Shown here: positions 19,740 to 26,246 of the stretch, one piece after another
How positions within the stretch are numbered: the stretch's first letter is position 1
Layout: each line of letters starts with the position of its first letter
Assembly (NCBI RefSeq): GCF_000025925.1
Contig: NC_014033.1
Span: forward strand, 3,360,001 to 3,392,000
Reading direction: 5' to 3'
DNA: 32,000 nucleotides
Source of the DNA: Xylanibacter ruminicola 23
Lineage (GTDB): Bacteria; Bacteroidota; Bacteroidia; Bacteroidales; Bacteroidaceae
Translations under genes and position numbers: made by a program
The notes under the pieces: generated by a model
Databases searched by the model: none
Told to the model about the DNA's origin: nothing
Seen by the model: the letters and a program-made list of their open reading frames with translations, nothing else

Positions 19740-21188
19740 ATGAAGAAGATAAACAAATGGGCTTTGATAACACTGCTGTCATTTCTCGTGTCGGCATGTA
19801 GTCTGCACCCTGATCATGTGCAGATGGTGAACCAGCAGCCTGATATATATCCGGATTATATCGGTGTAACGATACCTGTGGATATCGCACCGCTGAATTT
19901 CTCAATGACTGATGATGACTTTACAGATGTCTATGTAGATGTGAAAGGCGAGAAGGGTGGTTCTATACATGCAGAGGGGACCTATGCTGATTTTGACGTA
20001 GATGAGTGGCATCAGTTATTGAAGGCTAACAAGGGAAGTCGTTTGTTGGTGTCGGTGATGGCATGCAGAGAGGGAAACTGGTATCAGTATCGCGACTTTT
20101 CTATCGAGGTTAGTCCGAATCCGCTTGACGAATGGGGTATTACCTATCGCCGTATTGCGCCCAGTTATGCGCTCTATGGTCATATGGGGCTGTATCAGCG
20201 TTGTCTCTCTGACTTTACAGAAACGTCGATGCTGGAGAATTCGCAAGTGCATGGACAATGCATGAACTGTCATACCCAGAATCGTACGAATCCTGAGCAG
20301 TATGTGTTCCATGTGAGAGGTGAGCATGGTGCTACAGTGGTACATCAACACGGAAAGGATGTACTCCTCAAAGCGCGTAACGACAGTCTGGGAGGTACAA
20401 TGGTCTATCCCTACTGGCATCCGAGTGGTCGCTATTGTGCCTTTTCAACTAATAAAACAGCACAGATGTTTCATACTGGCAACAACAAGCGTATTGAGGT
20501 GTTTGATACCTCATCGGATGTGTTTGTTTACGACATGGAGAAGCATGAGGTTATCAAGGATACCCTGATTATGACGACTGGTTGGGCAGAGAATACACCT
20601 GCTTTCTCGCCTGATGGTAAGTGGTTGTATTTTACAACTGTCAGATGTGGCAACTATCCCAAAGGCTATGATCAGGTAAGGTATAGTCTTTGTAGAGTGG
20701 CATTTGATGAGAAATCGGGCAAGATTGGTACCGAGGTGGATACGTTGGTAAATGCTGGTGTAACGGGTAAAAGCGTGACTTGGCCTCGCCCTTCGTATGA
20801 TGGAAAGTACTTGATGTACACGCAGTTGGATTATGGTTACTTCTCGGTTTGGCATCCGGAAGCAGATTTATATATGCTTGATCTTGAGACGGGAGTAAAC
20901 AGACCATTGAACGAGGTGAATAGCATACGTTCGGAGAGTTTGCATAACTGGACGCGTAATAGTCGTTGGTTCCTGTTTACCAGTCGTCGTGAGGATGGTT
21001 TGTACACACGTCTTTATTTCTCGTCTGTTGATGAACACGGGAAGGCCACCAAGCCGTTCCTGCTTCCACAACAAAATCCTAAGGAGTATTATCAGCGCTT
21101 AATGTATTCGTATAACACCCCCGATTTTACATCTGTACCAGTTAAAACGAATGCTCGCGAAATGGGTAGGAAAATAGAGCGTTTCTGA
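19740..21188 (+). CDS. Uncharacterised lipoprotein with a single CXXCH motif and PD40/TolB-like beta-propeller repeats; paralogue B2
   Basis: 482 aa. Lipobox LVSAC (Cys20). CMNCH at nt 20259-20273. PAFSPDGKWLYFTT, RPSYDGKYLMY and HNWTRNSRWFLFTS. Blocks shared with B1 include IYPDY.GVTIP, ITYRRI, YWHPSGRYCA, EVDTLVN and TKPFLLPQ.NPK.YY. Confidence 0.85.
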   Translation: MKKINKWALITLLSFLVSACSLHPDHVQMVNQQPDIYPDYIGVTIPVDIAPLNFSMTDDDFTDVYVDVKGEKGGSIHAEGTYADFDVDEWHQLLKANKGSRLLVSVMACREGNWYQYRDFSIEVSPNPLDEWGITYRRIAPSYALYGHMGLYQRCLSDFTETSMLENSQVHGQCMNCHTQNRTNPEQYVFHVRGEHGATVVHQHGKDVLLKARNDSLGGTMVYPYWHPSGRYCAFSTNKTAQMFHTGNNKRIEVFDTSSDVFVYDMEKHEVIKDTLIMTTGWAENTPAFSPDGKWLYFTTVRCGNYPKGYDQVRYSLCRVAFDEKSGKIGTEVDTLVNAGVTGKSVTWPRPSYDGKYLMYTQLDYGYFSVWHPEADLYMLDLETGVNRPLNEVNSIRSESLHNWTRNSRWFLFTSRREDGLYTRLYFSSVDEHGKATKPFLLPQQNPKEYYQRLMYSYNTPDFTSVPVKTNAREMGRKIERF

Positions 21189-21272
21189 TGATATCTATCT
21201 TGCTTTAAGTTATCTGTTACGTTTTACAAAGTAAATGATACATATAGGAAATCTAATATCGTTATTTTGTGC

Positions 21273-21280
21273 TACCTTTG
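21273..21280 (+). promoter_or_regulatory. Putative -7 promoter box for the debranching-enzyme operon
   Basis: TACCTTTG matches TAnnTTTG and lies 28 nt upstream of the ATG at 21308. Confidence 0.45.
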
Positions 21281-21307
21281 CAGCAGTAAACTAATAAGCG
21301 AGAAAGA

Positions 21308-24070
21308 ATGATTAATAAATCAGCAGCCATAGCAGCACTCATGTTGCTAGCTACAGGTGCGAAGGCACAGAACCCCTTCGTACAGACTTGGTGTACCAGC
21401 GACCCTGCACCGATGGTACATAACGGAATAATGTATGTTTATACTGGTCATGACGAAGATGGCGCCGACTTCTTTTGGATGCAGGAGTGGCGTGTATATT
21501 CAACTCAGGATATGGTGAACTGGCAGGACCATGGTTCGCCATTGGCCTTGGAGACTTTCTCGTGGGCCGATGACCGTGCTTGGGCCGGACAGACTATCGA
21601 ACGTGACGGAAAATTCTACTGGTATATCTGTGCTCATTCAAAGATTTCGAATGGTATGGCCATTGGTGTGGCTGTGAGCGATAGTCCTACAGGTCCGTTT
21701 AAGGATGCACTTGGAAAACCTTTGTTTGAGAATGGCAGCTGGGATCATATCGATCCAACCGTGATGATTGATGACGATGGGCAGGCTTGGCTGATGTGGG
21801 GTAATCCACAGTGCTACTACCTGAAGCTGAACCGTGATATGATTTCGTACGAAGGTGAACTGGGAAAGCTGCCTATGACCGAAGAGGCTTTTGGCGGTCC
21901 GATGATGAAGGAGCGCGAGAAGGGCAAGACCTATAAAGATTCGTATGTTGAAGGTCCTTGGTTAACCAAGCGCAATGGTACATATCAGTTGTTGTATGCT
22001 GCTGGCGGCGTGCCTGAGCATATCTCCTATAGTACGGCTCCATCGCCTCTGGGTCCTTGGAAATATGCCGGCGAGATTATGCCGCTGTGCGATACCAACT
22101 CGTTTACCAACCACTGTGGTGTGGCCGATTATAAAGGTCATAGCTATTTCTTCTACCATACAGGTAAACTGCCAAATGGTGGCGGTTTCGGTCGTAGTGT
22201 AGCTGTTGAGGAGTTTAAGTACAATGCCGATGGCAGTTTCCCAAAGATTATGCCCACCGATGCAGGCGTGAAGCCTGTTGGCGTGTTTAACCCTTATCGT
22301 AAGGTTGAGGCCGAGACGATGGCTTTCTCGAAAGGCGTGAAGACCGAGCAAAATGATGAGGTAGGGGTTTATGTCAGTGACATCCACAATGGCGACTATA
22401 TCAAACTTCAGAATGTGGCCTTTGCCAACAAGTATCCACGTACGTTCACAGCCCGTGTGGCCAGTGGTTTGCGTGGTGGCAGAATTGAGATTCATCTCGA
22501 CAGTATCGGTGGCAGATGTTTGGGCACCCTGAACGTGCCTGGTACAGGTGGCTGGGAGAAGTGGCAGACCATTACCGTTGATCTGGATTACTCTACCATC
22601 ACCGATATCGATGCACCAACCCGAACCATTTCGGGTTTGAACCTGCCTGCTACAGCCGACGTTTATCTGGTGTTCAAAGGTCGTAAGGGACCAAAACTGT
22701 TTAACTTCGACTGGTGGGAGATGCGTGGACTGGAGCAGGTGAACATGCCTTTGTTCCAAACCAAATATACTGCCGACCCATCGCCACTGGTAGTAGGTGA
22801 TACCCTGTTCCTCTATACTTCGCATGATGCCTCGCCCGAGGATATCCCCGATGTGAACGAGAAGAGTTCGGCAGGTTTCTTTATGTACGACTGGCTGTTG
22901 TGGAGCACTACCGATATGGTGAACTGGACCGAGCATGGTGCAGTGGCTTCGTTGAAAGACTTCGCTTGGCGCAGTCGCGAGAACGGTGGCTGGGCTATCC
23001 AGACCGTAGAGCGTAATGGTAAGTATTACCTGTATGCCCCTCTGCATGGTCATGGTATCGGTGTACTGGTGGCCGATTCGCCTTACGGACCGTTTAAAGA
23101 CCCACTCGGCAAGCCATTGGTTTGGGATCAGAGTAACTGGTATGATATCGACCCATCAGTTTATACCGACGACGATGGTCAGGCTTATATGTACTGGGGA
23201 AACCCACATACCTTCTGGGCTAAGTTAGGTGAGGATATGACATCGCTGACCAGCGGTGTAACCAAACTGCCACATATCCCCAACTATCAGGAGGGACCTT
23301 GGTTCTACAAGCGCAATGGTCATTACTATTTAGGTTTCGCATCAACCTGTTGCCCTGAGGCTTTAGGCTATGCCATGAGCGACAGTCCTACCGGACCTTG
23401 GGAATGGAAAGGCTATATTATGAAGCCCACCCAGCGCGACCGTGGTAACCATCCCGGTATCTGCGATTTCAAGGGACATTCGTATGTGTTCGGTCAGAAC
23501 TACGATCTGATGCATCTGGAGACTTTTGTGCACCATGAGCGTCGCAGTGTGTCGGCTCAGGAGATTACCTATAATGGCGATGGCACCATCCAGGAGATTC
23601 CTTACTGGTTGGACCAGCAGCCCATGAAGCAGTTGCACTGGCTGAACCCCTACCAGCGTGTAGAGGCTGAGACCATGGCTTGGGGCTTCGGACTGAAGAG
23701 TGCCAAGATGGGTATCGAGAATCCTGGTGTGGTAGCAGATATGCCTACCTCAACGGGAAAGAAGAATATGTATATCTTTGATATTAATGATGGCGAGTAT
23801 ATCAAACTGCGTGGTGTTGACTTCGGTAAGGGTGCCAAGCAGTTTAATATCACAGCAGCCGCTACTGGTGGTTGCACCATCTGTCTGCGATTAGATAGTG
23901 CCGACGGTCCTGTGGTAGGTACCGTCACCATCGGTAAGACCGGTGGCGTTGAGAAATATCGCTCATTCGGTGGCAAAGTGAAGAATGCTGCTGGTGTGCA
24001 TGATCTTTATATATGTTTCGACAAAGCATCAGGTGATGTTCGTCTGGATTGGTGGCAGTTTAAAAAATAA
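21308..24070 (+). CDS. Two-headed GH43-CBM6-GH43-CBM6 enzyme (probable alpha-L-arabinofuranosidase / beta-xylosidase)
   Basis: 920 aa with a signal peptide. GH43 starts NPFVQTWCTSDPAPMV and PLFQTKYTADPSPLVV, each followed by DMVNW..HG, Y.Y....G.GIGVAVSDSPTGPFKD-type blocks and EGPW. Each half ends with a CBM6-like module (NPYRKVEAETMAF...GDYIKLQNVAF and NPYQRVEAETMAW...GEYIKLRGVDF). Confidence 0.9.
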   Translation: MINKSAAIAALMLLATGAKAQNPFVQTWCTSDPAPMVHNGIMYVYTGHDEDGADFFWMQEWRVYSTQDMVNWQDHGSPLALETFSWADDRAWAGQTIERDGKFYWYICAHSKISNGMAIGVAVSDSPTGPFKDALGKPLFENGSWDHIDPTVMIDDDGQAWLMWGNPQCYYLKLNRDMISYEGELGKLPMTEEAFGGPMMKEREKGKTYKDSYVEGPWLTKRNGTYQLLYAAGGVPEHISYSTAPSPLGPWKYAGEIMPLCDTNSFTNHCGVADYKGHSYFFYHTGKLPNGGGFGRSVAVEEFKYNADGSFPKIMPTDAGVKPVGVFNPYRKVEAETMAFSKGVKTEQNDEVGVYVSDIHNGDYIKLQNVAFANKYPRTFTARVASGLRGGRIEIHLDSIGGRCLGTLNVPGTGGWEKWQTITVDLDYSTITDIDAPTRTISGLNLPATADVYLVFKGRKGPKLFNFDWWEMRGLEQVNMPLFQTKYTADPSPLVVGDTLFLYTSHDASPEDIPDVNEKSSAGFFMYDWLLWSTTDMVNWTEHGAVASLKDFAWRSRENGGWAIQTVERNGKYYLYAPLHGHGIGVLVADSPYGPFKDPLGKPLVWDQSNWYDIDPSVYTDDDGQAYMYWGNPHTFWAKLGEDMTSLTSGVTKLPHIPNYQEGPWFYKRNGHYYLGFASTCCPEALGYAMSDSPTGPWEWKGYIMKPTQRDRGNHPGICDFKGHSYVFGQNYDLMHLETFVHHERRSVSAQEITYNGDGTIQEIPYWLDQQPMKQLHWLNPYQRVEAETMAWGFGLKSAKMGIENPGVVADMPTSTGKKNMYIFDINDGEYIKLRGVDFGKGAKQFNITAAATGGCTICLRLDSADGPVVGTVTIGKTGGVEKYRSFGGKVKNAAGVHDLYICFDKASGDVRLDWWQFKK

Positions 24071-24079
24071 ATAACGATA

Positions 24080-26227
24080 ATGAAGAAACTAATATCAACT
24101 ATTCTGTTCTGTGTAGTGGCAGTGTCGGCCACTGCGCAGAACCTTTCTGTAACTTATGTGGCTAAGAATGCCGTGAGAGTGAGATACGCCAATCCGGCTA
24201 CAAAGAGTGAATTGCCCGACTGGTTGTATGTGAGTCACGATGAACTGAAACAAGCTGATATTACTGCCGAGGTGGATGGTCGCACCTTGACGGTGAAAGA
24301 TAATACAGGTAAAGCTGTATTTAAAGCCACTGACCATCAGTTGGCGGGTAGCGAGGCTACACTGACTTTCGTCTCGCCTAAGGATGAATATCTCTTCGGT
24401 CTGGGACAGTTCCAGGATGGCTACAGCAATGTGCGTGGATTGTCGCGCCGACTTACACAGGTAAACACCCAGATCAGCATCCCCATGCTGATTTCGAGTA
24501 AGGGCTATGGCGTGCTGTGGAATAACTACGGCCTGACCGACTTTAACCCATGCAGTCACAGTGTGAAACTAACGAAGCGTGCTGGTGCCGGTGAGCGTGA
24601 GGTGGTGGATGTTACCTCTACCGAAGGTGGCAAGCGTGAGGTTCGCGAACGCCATATCTTCGAGGCCACGATTGATATTGATGAAACCGTCGATTATGCG
24701 CTGCTGCTCGATGTGGGGCAGAAGATGGCGCGCCGCCATAACCTGACCATAGATGGCGAGCAGGTGATAGAGATGCAGAACGTATGGCTGCCACCTACGG
24801 CCTCTAAGATAGTACATCTGACCAAAGGTCGTCACCAGCTGTCGGCAGAACTGACCAAGATTGATCAGCCTGTCGTATATTATAATAAGGTGAAAGACGA
24901 GACTGTGTTCCGTTCGCCAGTAGCCGATGGTGTTGACTATACGGTGTTTGTGGGTTCGCCTGATGAGATTATTGCGACCTATCGCGAGCTGACCGGTGAG
25001 TGCCCTCAGATGCCAGAGTGGGCTTTGGGGTATATCCACTGTCGCGAGCGTTTCCACTCGTCGGATGAGATTCTCCAGACCGCCAACCGCTTCCGTAGCG
25101 AGAACCTGCCCGTGAGTATGCTGGTTCAGGACTGGCAGTATTGGGGCAAATACGGTTGGAACTCGATGCGTTTCGATGAGGCGTTCTATCCCGATCCCAA
25201 GGCGCTGACCGACAGTCTGCACCAGATGGGCATGAAACTGATGCTGAGTGTGTGGTCGAAGATCGACAAGAACTCTGAAGTGGGTCAGCAGATGCTAGCC
25301 GCCAACTATTATATCCCTGAAACTGATTGGATTGACTTTTTTAATCCTGAGGCTGCCGCTGCCTATTGGAAGAACTTCAAAGAGCGCCTGTTGCCTTTGG
25401 GTATCGATGCCTGGTGGCAGGATGCTACCGAACCTGAGAACGACGACCTGTTGGACCGTAAGGTGAACAACGGTCGATGGAATGGTGAACAGGTGCGTAA
25501 TGTCTATCCGCTACTGGTGAACAAGACGGTGTATGAAGGTCTTTTGGCTGCTGGTAAGGAACCAATGATACTCACCCGTTGCGGTTTTGCTGGTATCCAG
25601 CGCTATGGCTCGGCCATGTGGAGTGGTGATGTGGGTAACGATTGGGAGACTTTCCGCCGCCAGATTACAGCAGGTCTTGGCATGCAGGCTGCTGGTATCC
25701 CCTGGTGGACCTACGATGCCGGCGGCTTCTTCCGTCCGCAGAACCAATATACCGATAGTGCTTATATTGAACGCATGCTGCGCTGGATAGAGACCGCTGT
25801 TTATCTGCCACTGATGCGTGTGCATGGTTATATGAGTAATACCGAACCCTGGAACTATGGTCAGGAGGCGCAGACAATCATTGCTAACTGTCTGAAAGAG
25901 CGCTATCAGCTTCTGCCTTATATCAAGCGTTGCGCCAAGGCTGTCTCTGAACAGGGTAGTACACTGATGCGCCCATTGGTGTTCGACTTCGCACATGATG
26001 CCGAGGCTCTGAAGCAAAAGTATGAATACATGTTTGGTCCGGCACTGCTCATCAGTCCGGTTACCGAGCCAGGTGTGACCACATGGCGCACCTATCTGCC
26101 CAAGCATCCTGGCGGTTGGACCGACTATCATACAGGAAAATACTACGATGGCGGACAGTATGTTGAAACGCCAGTAACTAAGGCCTATATCCCTGTGTTT
26201 GTCAGAGTTGGATATTCTATAGAATAA
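24080..26227 (+). CDS. GH31 alpha-glycosidase (probable alpha-xylosidase or alpha-glucosidase acting on xylan side chains)
   Basis: 715 aa with a signal peptide. GH31 blocks GIDAWWQDATEPE, LTRCGFAGIQRYGSAMWSGDV and IPWWTYDAGGFF. Starts 9 nt after the GH43 gene. Confidence 0.85.
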   Translation: MKKLISTILFCVVAVSATAQNLSVTYVAKNAVRVRYANPATKSELPDWLYVSHDELKQADITAEVDGRTLTVKDNTGKAVFKATDHQLAGSEATLTFVSPKDEYLFGLGQFQDGYSNVRGLSRRLTQVNTQISIPMLISSKGYGVLWNNYGLTDFNPCSHSVKLTKRAGAGEREVVDVTSTEGGKREVRERHIFEATIDIDETVDYALLLDVGQKMARRHNLTIDGEQVIEMQNVWLPPTASKIVHLTKGRHQLSAELTKIDQPVVYYNKVKDETVFRSPVADGVDYTVFVGSPDEIIATYRELTGECPQMPEWALGYIHCRERFHSSDEILQTANRFRSENLPVSMLVQDWQYWGKYGWNSMRFDEAFYPDPKALTDSLHQMGMKLMLSVWSKIDKNSEVGQQMLAANYYIPETDWIDFFNPEAAAAYWKNFKERLLPLGIDAWWQDATEPENDDLLDRKVNNGRWNGEQVRNVYPLLVNKTVYEGLLAAGKEPMILTRCGFAGIQRYGSAMWSGDVGNDWETFRRQITAGLGMQAAGIPWWTYDAGGFFRPQNQYTDSAYIERMLRWIETAVYLPLMRVHGYMSNTEPWNYGQEAQTIIANCLKERYQLLPYIKRCAKAVSEQGSTLMRPLVFDFAHDAEALKQKYEYMFGPALLISPVTEPGVTTWRTYLPKHPGGWTDYHTGKYYDGGQYVETPVTKAYIPVFVRVGYSIE

Positions 26228-26246
26228 TTACATAAACTTTAAACTT

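Noticed and set aside
15232-21307. The four-gene cassette as a mobile element or phage-defence island
   Set aside because: There is no integrase, transposase, recombinase, flanking direct or inverted repeats, tRNA target, nuclease, ATPase, methylase or toxin-like motif. All four products carry membrane or lipoprotein export signals, which points to an envelope function.
21962-23053. 363-aa ORF on the - strand, antisense to the GH43-CBM6 gene
   Set aside because: It lies entirely inside a well-supported + strand gene. Its translation is low-complexity and rich in Arg, Thr, Gly, Ile and His, with no recognisable domain or signal. This is typical of a shadow ORF produced by the strong codon bias of the sense gene.
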